A stretch of DNA of 64,000 nucleotides from a virus: the IMG/VR virus record IMGVR_UViG_3300049259_000288, positions 1 to 64,000 of that record. One strand, given 5' to 3'. The position numbers were made by a program, and so were the translations under genes. The notes beneath the pieces were generated by a model. That model saw only the letters and a list, made by a program, of their open reading frames with translations. It did not search any database and was not told the origin of the DNA. Positions 1 to 9,181 of the stretch are shown here, one piece after another; the first letter of the stretch is position 1, and each line of letters begins with the position of its first letter.

Positions 1-81
1 CACAGAACCTCGGGCAGCGGTTCCGCCGCTGTCGGCGGCTCGGAGATCAACTCTCCGAAGTGGCTGCATCCCGCCCGGCGG

Positions 82-303
82 TCAGCCACGGTTCCTCGCC
101 TCTCGTGCCCGCCGGTGCAGGTCACGCATCCGCTCGTTGTCGGCGTCCCGCTTGGCTCGCTGCTCAGACGACTTCCACCATGTCGAATCCGTGCCGTGCT
201 CGGGACAGTCGGGGTTCCAGTTGCGCTGCTCGGTCACCGTCATCCCGACACGGATGCGTCCGCATCGGCAAGCGTCGTCTGCCGCCCCTCGGTCATTCGT
301 CAT
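82..303 (-). CDS. hypothetical protein
   Basis: Overlapping chain of small leftward ORFs with a CxC...CxxH pattern. Confidence 0.55.
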   Translation of the reverse strand: MTNDRGAADDACRCGRIRVGMTVTEQRNWNPDCPEHGTDSTWWKSSEQRAKRDADNERMRDLHRRAREARNRG

Positions 304-460
304 CGGGAACCTCCTCCCAACCGCTGACCCGTCGCATGACGACGTGGTCGAGCGGGTGCTTCGCCATCCGACGAGCGGCGTCCAAGTCGGCGTAGATGCG
401 GACGTGATTCGGGCCGTACTTCACGCCGTACTCGATGCGGTCGTCTGCCGCCCTAGCCAC
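293..460 (-). CDS. hypothetical protein
   Basis: GTG start overlaps the stop of the upstream gene; phage-like codon usage. Confidence 0.5.
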   Translation of the reverse strand: MARAADDRIEYGVKYGPNHVRIYADLDAARRMAKHPLDHVVMRRVSGWEEVPDDE

Positions 461-713
461 GGAGCAGCCGTTCGGTGAGCAGCGACAGCAGTTCCTCGAT
501 GCCAAAGCCACCACGCTCGTGCAGGCGCTTGAACGACTGGCTCGTGCCGTACTGCGCGGCGTACTCGACGTAGGCCGCTTCGGCGACCTCGCGCCGCACG
601 CCGGTGTACTCGGTGCCCATCGTTCGACGCGACACCTGCACCGGCACGAAGCCTTCCGGCAGCGGTCGCTTGTCGGTCAGAGCCGGACCCATCAGTCGGT
701 GGGTATCAGCCAT
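453..713 (-). CDS. hypothetical protein
   Basis: GAGGGG RBS; globular-looking sequence (RLHERGGFG). Confidence 0.65.
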   Translation of the reverse strand: MADTHRLMGPALTDKRPLPEGFVPVQVSRRTMGTEYTGVRREVAEAAYVEYAAQYGTSQSFKRLHERGGFGIEELLSLLTERLLRG

Positions 714-752
714 CGTTCGCGTCCCCTCTCGTCGATCTGATTGCCGCCCCGG

Positions 753-980
753 TCATCGGAGGTCGCCCTTCATCGCTTCGGCGAACGCTGCGAGCCTTCG
801 GAGTGGTGCCGCCGCGGCTTCGGCGAGCTGCTGGTGCCAGTCGGCGTGACGACGACGAGCGTCGAGCGCGACAGCCGAACCGCACACACCGCACGACACC
901 ATCACGTCGTCGATCGGGTCGTATCGGGGATCGAGAAGGCCACCCACGTACTCGTCCTCACCCGCCCGCGGTCCGGTCAT
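753..980 (-). CDS. hypothetical Zn-binding protein
   Basis: ATG overlaps the upstream stop; CxxC...HxxxH. Confidence 0.6.
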   Translation of the reverse strand: MTGPRAGEDEYVGGLLDPRYDPIDDVMVSCGVCGSAVALDARRRHADWHQQLAEAAAAPLRRLAAFAEAMKGDLR

Positions 981-1201
981 CGCTTCTCCACCCACATCGG
1001 CGGTGCCGTTGCCGACGCGTTGTTCGTCGCCGGCCCGGTCCATCGCACGCGCTCCATCCCCATCGCCTCCATGCGCTGCTCGACGGGGAGCGAACGGAGC
1101 GCGTCGAGCACCTTGCGAGCGGTCGGATAGCGGTAGTCCATCCCGCCATCTAGAGCGGCGGCGACGGCGTCCTCGGCGGCGGTCATCCCCGCCCGGCTCA
1201 T
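977..1201 (-). CDS. hypothetical protein
   Basis: ATGA overlaps on both sides; shares LPVxxRMxxMGMERV with 2420..2668. Confidence 0.6.
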   Translation of the reverse strand: MSRAGMTAAEDAVAAALDGGMDYRYPTARKVLDALRSLPVEQRMEAMGMERVRWTGPATNNASATAPPMWVEKR

Positions 1202-1428
1202 GGGCGCTCCATCTGCATCGTCTCGTAGTCGCCGTCGTCGAGGTCACCAGCGATCCACCGCTCGTAGCGAGCCAACGAAGCGCACCCACGCGACGACCCG
1301 CACGGATGCGGTCCTTGCAGGTGGTCGCGGAGCGCGAGGGCGAGCAGGTTCGCCACGGAGGCAACCTCGTCACGGTCGTTCTGCGCGGCCTCTAGTGCGT
1401 CCATGAGGCGCTGTTCCTTCGGTGTCAT
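1198..1428 (-). CDS. hypothetical protein
   Basis: MTPKEQRL start after GGCGGAG; coupled to the next gene. Confidence 0.55.
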   Translation of the reverse strand: MTPKEQRLMDALEAAQNDRDEVASVANLLALALRDHLQGPHPCGSSRGCASLARYERWIAGDLDDGDYETMQMERP

Positions 1429-1442
1429 CTCCGCCCCGCCCA

Positions 1443-1700
1443 TCAGAGGCCCCGAACGAACATGACCGGGCGGAACTGGCGCAGGTGCAGCCACGCTGCC
1501 TTCCACTGGCCCCGACGGGCGTCGCCGACCGCCCAACGGAGCGGCATCAGTCGCCACCGCATCTCGGCCCAGCGGTTCCACAACGGCTTGTTGCAGGACG
1601 AGCAGCGGGTGTCCTCGCCTCGCCACTGCTCGGTGAACGTGCGGTACTTCGGGTCGAGATAGCCGGGGTCTGTCGGCTTCGTTCGGAAGTCGGCCATCAC
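1443..1700 (-). CDS. hypothetical protein
   Basis: GAGGA RBS; CxxC. Confidence 0.55.
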   Translation of the reverse strand: MMADFRTKPTDPGYLDPKYRTFTEQWRGEDTRCSSCNKPLWNRWAEMRWRLMPLRWAVGDARRGQWKAAWLHLRQFRPVMFVRGL

Positions 1701-1736
1701 TTCGCGTCCTCTCGTAGTGCGTTGATTCCCGCCCGC

Positions 1737-1955
1737 TCACTCGACACGGCGTGCCTCCTCGATGCCAGGACGAAGCACGTCCTCGGGGGCGCCTACGCAG
1801 GCGATCTCGCCGCCGTCGCGCAAGCGGACGACGGTGTGGTGGCCGAGCTTGCGCGTGTGCTCGGCCTTAACCAGCACCACCTCGGTCAACGGGAACATGC
1901 GCACTCTCCCCGTCCGTGCTCCTCGCACCGACAGCCAGATGCGCGTGTCTCTCAT
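1737..1955 (-). CDS. hypothetical protein
   Basis: ORF in operon; beta-rich small domain. Confidence 0.5.
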   Translation of the reverse strand: MRDTRIWLSVRGARTGRVRMFPLTEVVLVKAEHTRKLGHHTVVRLRDGGEIACVGAPEDVLRPGIEEARRVE

Positions 1956-1972
1956 CGGTCCGTCAGCCGCCC

Positions 1973-2212
1973 TCAGTTCGTCGGCCACAGCACCACGCAG
2001 ACCTCTCCGCCGACACCGACGTCGCCGCTCCACGTCGTCTCGGGCTCGTAGTCGGATAGCTCAGCCTCGGCGAGCGGCGAGAAGCCGTTGCCCTCGGCGT
2101 CCTTCGACAGCACGACGAGCACGTCGTCGCGCAGTCCGTCGAGATGCCGACGCAGTTCTCCCACGCGCAGGTATCCGTCCGCGCCGCACTGGCTGCTTCT
2201 CTGCCCCGTCAT
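1973..2212 (-). CDS. hypothetical protein
   Basis: VVLSKDAEGNGFSPL...VVLWPTN; ATGA overlap. Confidence 0.65.
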   Translation of the reverse strand: MTGQRSSQCGADGYLRVGELRRHLDGLRDDVLVVLSKDAEGNGFSPLAEAELSDYEPETTWSGDVGVGGEVCVVLWPTN

Positions 2213-2427
2213 GCTTCATCCGCGATGTCGTCGAAGGCGTAGGCCAACACCTCGAGCTCGATCTCGCTCCGCGATGCGTCGAACCGCGCCGCCACCTCGG
2301 GCTTCGAGATGTTCTCGGGCTTTGAGCACACCCGGAGTGCCAACAGGGCGTCGTGAAGGGCCTGGCCCGAGATCGAGATGGTGAACTGGCGATCTCGCAT
2401 ATCCATTGGGATTTGGAGCTCAGGCAC
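2209..2427 (-). CDS. hypothetical protein
   Basis: GGAGG RBS; overlaps neighbours. Confidence 0.6.
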   Translation of the reverse strand: MPELQIPMDMRDRQFTISISGQALHDALLALRVCSKPENISKPEVAARFDASRSEIELEVLAYAFDDIADEA

Positions 2428-2668
2428 AGCGCACCTCCTGGTAGGTCGGTGGAACGATGGTGTCGAAGTCGGTTGGGAACACGCGCTCCATACCCATGAC
2501 CTTCATGCGCTCGTCGACGGGCAAGTCCGTGAGAAGCCACGACAGCACCCACCAGGCGGCCTCCTTCGGCCCGTAGTCCACGACACCGTCACCGTCAGCG
2601 TCGAGCTTCGACGCGAGCCAGTTCCTCACGTCGGTCTGGGTGTCGTGGACTGCTGGGTCGAAAGCCAC
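2420..2668 (-). CDS. hypothetical protein
   Basis: Operon position; motif shared with 977..1201. Confidence 0.6.
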   Translation of the reverse strand: MAFDPAVHDTQTDVRNWLASKLDADGDGVVDYGPKEAAWWVLSWLLTDLPVDERMKVMGMERVFPTDFDTIVPPTYQEVRCA

Positions 2669-2670
2669 GG

Positions 2671-3363
2671 CTATCGCCCGGTCGTCGAGGTGGAGCCGAA
2701 CGGGTCCTCAGGCGCTACCTCGTGCGTCGTCTGTGCTTCCTTCGCCTCGCGCACGAGCACGACGGTGCTCATCTGATCAAGCGCAGCCTGACCGTGCAGG
2801 ATGGTGTCGCCCTTCGCGGCCTTGAGGTTGTTGTTCGGGAAGCCGCCGCCGAAGGTGCGGACGGTGAAGCTGCCGGTCCGCCACTTCTCGAAGTCGGCGA
2901 TCATGCGTTGCAGCTTCGTCTGGATGTCGCGGTAGTCGGTGCGGCAGCCGTTGACGACGGTGAGCACCTTGTCGAAGCCCGAGCCGATGGCGGAGAGGTC
3001 GGGATACGCCTCCTTGATCGCGGAGAAGAGCTGGCCACCGCCGACCTGGGCAGACGAGCCCTTGTCGTAGCGGCCCTTGACCGCATCGGTGAGCACCTGG
3101 TCGAGCGCAGCGGTCTGGCCCTTGACGACGCCGGCGGACTCACGGATGCGGACGATGCAGTCGCTCAGGTAGTTCGAGTTGTCGTTGTACTGCGCGTTGA
3201 GGTCCTGCTCCTTCTGGTTGCCCTTGTTCGTCACGCCGTTCTTGGTGGCGAACGTGATGATCAACAGCAGCACGATGACACCCGCGATGACAGCGGGGAT
3301 CACCCAGCGGGGCAGGTTCGACAGCGGGGACTTGGACGTGGTCGTGTCGTTGGTGTCGGTCAT
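2671..3363 (-). CDS. LemA-like single-pass membrane protein
   Basis: One N-terminal TM helix, then a helical domain with AIKEAYPDL resembling the LemA ExYPxL motif. Confidence 0.6.
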   Translation of the reverse strand: MTDTNDTTTSKSPLSNLPRWVIPAVIAGVIVLLLIITFATKNGVTNKGNQKEQDLNAQYNDNSNYLSDCIVRIRESAGVVKGQTAALDQVLTDAVKGRYDKGSSAQVGGGQLFSAIKEAYPDLSAIGSGFDKVLTVVNGCRTDYRDIQTKLQRMIADFEKWRTGSFTVRTFGGGFPNNNLKAAKGDTILHGQAALDQMSTVVLVREAKEAQTTHEVAPEDPFGSTSTTGR

Positions 3364-3372
3364 GGTGGCCTT

Positions 3373-4806
3373 TCAGTAGTAGAGCCGGTTGGAACGGGGA
3401 CGACGTCGGCCGGTGCAGTAGCCGACCGGGTCGCAGAACAGCGCGATCGCCCAAAGGACCGTGGCGACGACGAGGGTGATGAGCACCATCGTGACCTTGG
3501 CGGCGCCAGAGATCGGGAGCGATGACTTGAGGTAGGTGTAGCCGGTGCCGTGGTCGCCCTTGTCCTTGCAGTTCATGCAGGCACGTCGGAACGGGTGATC
3601 GCTGAGCATGATCTTGCCGAGGAGTCCGTCGGGGCTCGCATCGTCGGCGTAGTCCACCTTCTTGCCGCCGCGCGAGACATGCGCGTTGGCCTCGCCGAGA
3701 ATGGTCTTGGCGTCGAGCGGCTTGTGCTCGAGATCGAAGCTGACGGCGGCGATCATCTCGCCGTTGCCTTCGGGCATCCCGGTCTTGGCGCGTGCCCACT
3801 CGATGGTCTTACCGTCGGCCGACGCGCCGAGCACCACCGCGATGCCGTTCTTCGGGAAGCCCCAGCGACCGAGGCGGTGCTGCCAGTACGACACCAGCGC
3901 GTTCATGTAGTCGTCGGGGTTCTGCACGCGCGACGCGGGCACGACGACCATGTGCAGGTCGCCTTGCACGCCGATGCCGAGCGCGGCGTTGAGACGCATG
4001 AGTCGCGCGTTCCACTCGCCCTCGTCGACCGAGACCTTGAGCGCCTGGAACTTCACGGCGAGCATGTCGTAGTCGAGCAGCACGTGTCCGTCGAGGTTGG
4101 CGGTGTGCTTGGGCAGGAGCCCCGCCTTGAGGTAGCGGTCGATGCTGGGGCTGTACTGCTTGTAGAGCTCGCCCTCAGTCGGGAGGATGAAGTTCGTGTA
4201 GGTGTGCAGCATCGTCACCGGATCGCCGATGCCCGTCTTGAGGTGGCTGACCGCTTCGGTCCAACGCGGTGGCTCACCGCGCGGCAGGTCGCCCGGGATG
4301 CCGTGACCATCGCGCCACTCCCGCGGATCGGCGTCGAGGTAGTCGGCGCCGATGAGCAGCTTCCGCCCGAGGTTGTCGTTGAGGAAGTAGTCGGACTCAC
4401 GCGTCGCATACGGGCAGTGGTGGTACTCGGTGTGGTACGTCGAGTAGGTGTAGCGACCCTTCGAGTCGTAATGCCGGTCCTCGACCTGATGCGGGTCGCA
4501 GCGGTACTTGTTCGAGCACTGACCGCCGTCGCGTGTGCAGGCGTGCGTCTCGACCGTTGATGAGATCAGCGAGCCGTTGAAGAACTCGTGGTAGCCGCCA
4601 GCGGTGCGTGCCTGGGCCGCGGCCGGGCCCCACACGATGGTGACGAGAACGGCGACCAGCAGCACCAGCGCGCCGGTGGCGGCCAGCTCGATGTTGGTGA
4701 CCTCGCAGGTCATGCCAGTGGCCGTGGTGATCGGTCGGCGGCGGACGTAGATCGTCGCCACGGCGCCAACGGCGAGCGCGACGAGGATCGTCATGATCGT
4801 GAGCAT
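3373..4806 (-). CDS. membrane protein with putative TPM (DUF477)-like domain
   Basis: 2 N-terminal and 1 C-terminal TM; DLHMVVV..DDYMNALVSYW..WG..KNGIAVVLG resembles the TPM core. Confidence 0.55.
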   Translation of the reverse strand: MLTIMTILVALAVGAVATIYVRRRPITTATGMTCEVTNIELAATGALVLLVAVLVTIVWGPAAAQARTAGGYHEFFNGSLISSTVETHACTRDGGQCSNKYRCDPHQVEDRHYDSKGRYTYSTYHTEYHHCPYATRESDYFLNDNLGRKLLIGADYLDADPREWRDGHGIPGDLPRGEPPRWTEAVSHLKTGIGDPVTMLHTYTNFILPTEGELYKQYSPSIDRYLKAGLLPKHTANLDGHVLLDYDMLAVKFQALKVSVDEGEWNARLMRLNAALGIGVQGDLHMVVVPASRVQNPDDYMNALVSYWQHRLGRWGFPKNGIAVVLGASADGKTIEWARAKTGMPEGNGEMIAAVSFDLEHKPLDAKTILGEANAHVSRGGKKVDYADDASPDGLLGKIMLSDHPFRRACMNCKDKGDHGTGYTYLKSSLPISGAAKVTMVLITLVVATVLWAIALFCDPVGYCTGRRRPRSNRLYY

Positions 4807-4813
4807 GGGTCTC

Positions 4814-6538
4814 CTAGCCGTAGATGAACTGGTCGTCGAGGTGGATCAGGCCGTCCCGTCGCTCGACGAGCCCGAGCTTCACGAGGATGCCGACCGCCGC
4901 GCCAGGCCCGCTCGAGGTGCGGCTCCATCCGGCTTGGTCGGCGAGCTCGTCCTGGGTCATCGGTGCGTGCCCGTAGAGGATCTGCAGCGCGCGTCGTGCC
5001 GCGCCGGCGCTGGGTCCGGTGATCCGGGATCCCCACCACTCGATGAGCTCAGGGCCCGAAGGTGGCTGCGCGCCGGGATCGACACCGGCGACCGCGAGCC
5101 CCTTCTCGGTGGCGATCCACTCGCCCTTGTCGAAGGTGGTGATGTAGCCAGCGTTCCGCAGCTGGCGCACCGCCGGATCCCACGCGCTGCTCGTGGGTGA
5201 CCGGTCAGCAGTCACCGACCACTGCCGCACCGTCATGGGCAGCGGATGGCGCGCCGCCAGCGACTTGAGCAGGTGCTCGGCGTAGGGCGTCAGAGCGGTT
5301 TCCTCGCGATCGCGAGCAATGGAGAACCCGGGCACTCGGATCGGCGGCTGCGATACCGCGCGCTCGCGCTTGACGACGGTCGCCTCGGCTTCGCGCGCCA
5401 GGGCCTTGCGATCAGCGCCGTCCTCGTTGGCCTTGATGGCGAGCGCGTACATCTTCTCGATGCGCTCGCCGAGGTTGTGGCACTCGGCGCGCAGCGCGCC
5501 CATCTCGTTCATGACCGTGACCGGCACCTCGGGGACCATGACCTCGACGGCCACGGACTTCACCGGCTGGCCCTCAAGGAACCGGACCCGCTCCTGTGCT
5601 TCACGCAGCTGGCGCGCCAGGAACTTGGGATCGGTCGCCTCGGCGCGCTCGATGGCGTCGGCCATCGCCTCCTTCACCACGTCGAGGTCGACGTCGGCGA
5701 GCGTCTTGGCCTCCCGCCTCGTCTCGCCGACCTTCGGCGTCCGCGACGAGTCGAACGTGCGGCGGGGCCGGAAGGCGACCTCCTCGAACACGTGGAGGAA
5801 CGACGTCGATGTCACGATCGCCGTGCCGGTGTTCAGATGTGGCAGCCGGCGCGCCGCCTCCTTGCTGCGGTCGGGGTCGTGGACCTCGAACCACGCCTTC
5901 ACCGCGTCGACGTCCTGGGGGCTGCGCACGCGGTGGGCGACGAGCACCTCGGTCTGGGTGCTCACCTCCTTGTTGATGGTCGCCGACCGCTGGGAGATCA
6001 GGGAGCAGCCGATGCCTTCGCCACGCCCGAGCCGCACGAGCTCCTCGACCACGCCGAGCATGGTCGTCTCCTCCTTCTGCGGGCGTTGCGGCGCGAACAG
6101 TGGCGCCTCTTCGAGCACGACGTGGACCGGCGACCGGTCGTTCGCTTCCAGGAGGCGCTCGAGGAAGGCGGTGACGAACCGGCGTCGGTCGGCCTTCGAC
6201 CACCTCTTGATGTCGAGGATCATCGACACCCGCTCGCCGATGGCCAGCTCGGCCATGTACTTGCCGGCGCCGGGCTCAAGCGGCACGTCGCCGCGGGCGC
6301 CGCCGAAGATCGGGATGGGGTAGCCGGTGTCGGTGCCGCTGGCCGAGGAGCGCAGCCCGTACCAGGCGTGCATCGGGTCGAGGATGATGACCTGGGCGCG
6401 CACGTCGAGCATCTCCTCGACGAACACCGAGCAGTCGTGTGTCTTGCCGCTTCCCCGGATGCCCAGCCACCAGAAGGTCTCGGTGACGGCGTCGATCGGG
6501 AGCGTGATCCCGCCGAGATCGAGCCCGCTACGACCCAT
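4814..6538 (-). CDS. HerA/FtsK-family (DUF87-like) ATPase with C-terminal winged-helix-like region
   Basis: Walker A GIRGSGKT, Walker B VVLEEA, RLGRGEGIGCSLISQR. Confidence 0.85.
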   Translation of the reverse strand: MGRSGLDLGGITLPIDAVTETFWWLGIRGSGKTHDCSVFVEEMLDVRAQVIILDPMHAWYGLRSSASGTDTGYPIPIFGGARGDVPLEPGAGKYMAELAIGERVSMILDIKRWSKADRRRFVTAFLERLLEANDRSPVHVVLEEAPLFAPQRPQKEETTMLGVVEELVRLGRGEGIGCSLISQRSATINKEVSTQTEVLVAHRVRSPQDVDAVKAWFEVHDPDRSKEAARRLPHLNTGTAIVTSTSFLHVFEEVAFRPRRTFDSSRTPKVGETRREAKTLADVDLDVVKEAMADAIERAEATDPKFLARQLREAQERVRFLEGQPVKSVAVEVMVPEVPVTVMNEMGALRAECHNLGERIEKMYALAIKANEDGADRKALAREAEATVVKRERAVSQPPIRVPGFSIARDREETALTPYAEHLLKSLAARHPLPMTVRQWSVTADRSPTSSAWDPAVRQLRNAGYITTFDKGEWIATEKGLAVAGVDPGAQPPSGPELIEWWGSRITGPSAGAARRALQILYGHAPMTQDELADQAGWSRTSSGPGAAVGILVKLGLVERRDGLIHLDDQFIYG

Positions 6539-6836
6539 TGGCGTTGACTCGGTCCTTGAACGGCTGGCTGGCGCGGAACACCGGTCGCCGCTTGGCCTCG
6601 ACGGCCACCTCTTCGCCGGTGTCAGGGCGCCGGCGGACGACCGGCTTCATCTGGCGGGCCTCGAACACGCCGAAGCCACGGAGCACGACCTGGTCGCCCT
6701 CGGAGAGCCGGGCGGCCACCTCATCGAGGAACGCCATGATGATGTCGTCGACGCCTTCCTCGGGGATTCCGAGACGCTCGGCGATGATCTGCACGAGCTC
6801 CATGCGGTACACGACGGTTCGGGCGGCTGTCGCCAT
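6528..6836 (-). CDS. HU/IHF-family DNA-binding protein
   Basis: VVLRGFGVFEAR...RRPDTGEEV...PVFRAS signature; apparently leaderless. Confidence 0.92.
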   Translation of the reverse strand: MATAARTVVYRMELVQIIAERLGIPEEGVDDIIMAFLDEVAARLSEGDQVVLRGFGVFEARQMKPVVRRRPDTGEEVAVEAKRRPVFRASQPFKDRVNANGS

Positions 6837-6843
6837 GGATCTC

Positions 6844-6849
6844 ACCTTA
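6844..6849 (-). promoter_or_regulatory. -10 element (TAAGGT) for leaderless HU operon transcript
   Basis: TANNNT 7 nt before the ATG at 6836. Confidence 0.5.
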
Positions 6850-6875
6850 GACCGTCCACGTTCCGAAAGGAAGCC

Positions 6876-6904
6876 TCGACAGCCCGACGACGCCACGATA
6901 CTGT
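6876..6904 (+). promoter_or_regulatory. housekeeping-sigma promoter
   Basis: TCGACA-N17-TACTGT in the divergent intergenic gap. Confidence 0.6.
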
Positions 6905-6932
6905 CGGGTCGAAGCCGAAGGGAGGGCGAGCC

Positions 6933-7211
6933 GTGCGTGCAGTCGTGATGAAGGGATCGAAGTCGAAGCTGGCCGGAGCCCGGTGCGGGCTGTGCCCTCG
7001 CCCGCTGCTGGCGGGCCAGACCATCCTCTACAAGCACATGGCGAACGACTCCTATGACGAGGACCGCCTCGTGTACCACCGCGACTGCATGGCGGCGCTG
7101 ATCGAACGCGCTCCCCGCGGTGTGCCGGCGACCGATCACAAGGCAGTGGCGACCGACATCCGTCAGCGGATCCTCGAAAGCGGTGACCTGTACGGCCGCG
7201 TAGGTGCCTGA
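6933..7211 (+). CDS. hypothetical Zn-binding protein
   Basis: GGAGG RBS; CxxC...HxxC. Confidence 0.7.
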   Translation: MRAVVMKGSKSKLAGARCGLCPRPLLAGQTILYKHMANDSYDEDRLVYHRDCMAALIERAPRGVPATDHKAVATDIRQRILESGDLYGRVGA

Positions 7212-7797
7212 CGCCAAGGCCATCACGCCCGAGGCGCTCGCCGAGATCGTCGAGGCGACCGGGAAGGCGAAGAAGCGGCTGATCGTCGTCGCCGCTGATC
7301 CGGCGGCGGCGCAGGCGTGGGCCAAGTACCGCGGCGTGAAGCGCCAGTGGTACTTCGCCGAGGACGACAGTCTGCTCTACGGCATCGAGGACCGCCCCGA
7401 CAGCGTCGACGTCGTGCTCGTGAAGGGCTACGCGTCGCACAGGCGGTGGACGCGGTTGAAGCGCCGCCTCGCCCTCGTCGGTGCCGCTGGCGTCAACATC
7501 CACATCGACGAGCTGCCGCCCGAGGCCACACCGCCCGGGCCGACCGTGGGCGGCGCGTACGTCGCTCATCGCGAGGTCGCCCAGCTGCGACCCGACAAGG
7601 ACCAGGGCGACACGTTCATCATCAGGTCGACGACAGACGAGGTCGTTCTCACCCGGCCGCAGGCGGAGATGCTGACCGAGCTGTTGACCGCGTACGTCGA
7701 GGGTGAACATGTCGCTGACGAGTCCCTCGCGCGCTTCGACGAGATCGTGGCCAGGGTGCGCGAGACCGGAGACATCTATGGGAGGCAACGTGGCTGA
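7204..7797 (+). CDS. hypothetical protein
   Basis: Overlapping ORF; C-terminus resembles that of the previous gene. Confidence 0.7.
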   Translation: MPDAKAITPEALAEIVEATGKAKKRLIVVAADPAAAQAWAKYRGVKRQWYFAEDDSLLYGIEDRPDSVDVVLVKGYASHRRWTRLKRRLALVGAAGVNIHIDELPPEATPPGPTVGGAYVAHREVAQLRPDKDQGDTFIIRSTTDEVVLTRPQAEMLTELLTAYVEGEHVADESLARFDEIVARVRETGDIYGRQRG

Positions 7798-8200
7798 GGG
7801 CATCGTCCCCGACGACTGGTGCATGGTCGAGTTCGACTACCGGAGCGACGGTGGTCCGCAGCTGGTGGGCCCGTTCCCGACGAAGGACGTCGCCGACCTC
7901 TGGCTGCAGTCGCTGCCGCCTATGGACTACGAGGCGAACATGGCGCCGTTCGAGCACCCAACCTGGCCTGAGTCGATGGTCATGGGCATTGCGCCGAGTC
8001 ACTCCGAGGTGATGAACGCGATCAACAAGGTCGCCTACCACTACGGGGGCGTGACCTACAGGATCATCGGCACGCACGACATCATCGAGCGCATCGAGGT
8101 GCGCGACTACGCCTTCGAGGGCGCCACCGGCGCGCGCCGGTTCGTCGAGTGGGCCAAGCGCCTTCCCTTCGACCCCAAGGCGGTGCCCGTTGCCGAGTGA
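7790..8200 (+). CDS. hypothetical protein
   Basis: GGAGG then GTG at 7790. Confidence 0.65.
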   Translation: MAEGIVPDDWCMVEFDYRSDGGPQLVGPFPTKDVADLWLQSLPPMDYEANMAPFEHPTWPESMVMGIAPSHSEVMNAINKVAYHYGGVTYRIIGTHDIIERIEVRDYAFEGATGARRFVEWAKRLPFDPKAVPVAE

Positions 8201-8498
8201 CGGCTCCTTCTCCATCGGCAGCACCGTCTGGCCGGGCGCGTCGAAGCTGATCGAGGAGATCGGCGAGCTCGGTCAGGTCCTCGGCAAGCTCATCGCCACC
8301 CACGGCGAGACCGCCCACTGGGACGGCACCGACCTCCGCGTGCGCCTGATCGAGGAGATGGGCGACGTCCAGGGCGCGCTCGACTTCATGGCGCAGATGA
8401 ACTTCAAGCCGTTCGAGCGCGTGGCGATGTCGACGCGCGCCGAGTGGAAGCGCCGGCAGTTCTTCGAGTGGCAGGACGAACAAGGGAGCGACACATGA
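8190..8498 (+). CDS. MazG-like NTP pyrophosphohydrolase
   Basis: KLIEEIGEL and LIEEMGDV (two EExxE/D helices). Confidence 0.75.
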   Translation: MPSDGSFSIGSTVWPGASKLIEEIGELGQVLGKLIATHGETAHWDGTDLRVRLIEEMGDVQGALDFMAQMNFKPFERVAMSTRAEWKRRQFFEWQDEQGSDT

Positions 8499-8761
8499 AC
8501 TTCGACACCGAGGGCAAGACCGTCATCGACATCGACCCGCAGCCATCGCTGTCGCCGGTGTGCATCGCACCGCGCACGCGCAACGATCCGACGCCGTGCG
8601 AGACGCCGTTCGTGCGCCGGATCGGGCTGAACTGGCAGAGCGGTCGATGGCAGTGGTCGTGGATGCGCGATTGCAAGCACAAGGGCATCAACGATGACAC
8701 CGTCCGCATCGAGTACCAGGAGCCGGAGGTCGTCAACGAGCCGGAGGTTGCCGATGTCTGA
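8495..8761 (+). CDS. hypothetical protein
   Basis: ATGA overlap; GGGAG RBS. Confidence 0.6.
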   Translation: MNFDTEGKTVIDIDPQPSLSPVCIAPRTRNDPTPCETPFVRRIGLNWQSGRWQWSWMRDCKHKGINDDTVRIEYQEPEVVNEPEVADV

Positions 8762-8900
8762 GTGCACGCACCCCGAGGAGAAGCTGCAGCCAGCGATGTT
8801 GGCGCGCGACGCGCGCTACTGCCCGGGCTGTCAGTCGCTGATCTTTGACGACGGGACCGTCGAGCGCGTGCAGATCACCGGCATCAGGACGTACAAGTGA
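8754..8900 (+). CDS. small Zn-ribbon protein
   Basis: GGAGG RBS; CxH...CxxC. Confidence 0.55.
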   Translation: MSECTHPEEKLQPAMLARDARYCPGCQSLIFDDGTVERVQITGIRTYK

Positions 8901-9181
8901 TGGCCGAGTATGACCTTCGCGTCGGCGGGAGCAGCACCGGGCGCGTGCTCATGCGCCGGTCGGACGCCGACGCAGCGTGGAGCGACATCGCCACGTTCAC
9001 GTCGTACAACGACGCCGACTGGGTGCTGCGGCAGCTGCGGAAGGCCGAGGCCACCGACGCCGCCATGGACGCGGTCCTCGATGCGCTGCAGGACGTGATC
9101 GCCGAGTGGGACGCCCGTGGTGACGGCGGCTGCACGAAGGAGGTGCAGGATGCGCTCCGGGAAGCGGTCATCGCGCTCTAG
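8897..9181 (+). CDS. hypothetical protein
   Basis: GTGA overlap. Confidence 0.6.
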   Translation: MMAEYDLRVGGSSTGRVLMRRSDADAAWSDIATFTSYNDADWVLRQLRKAEATDAAMDAVLDALQDVIAEWDARGDGGCTKEVQDALREAVIAL

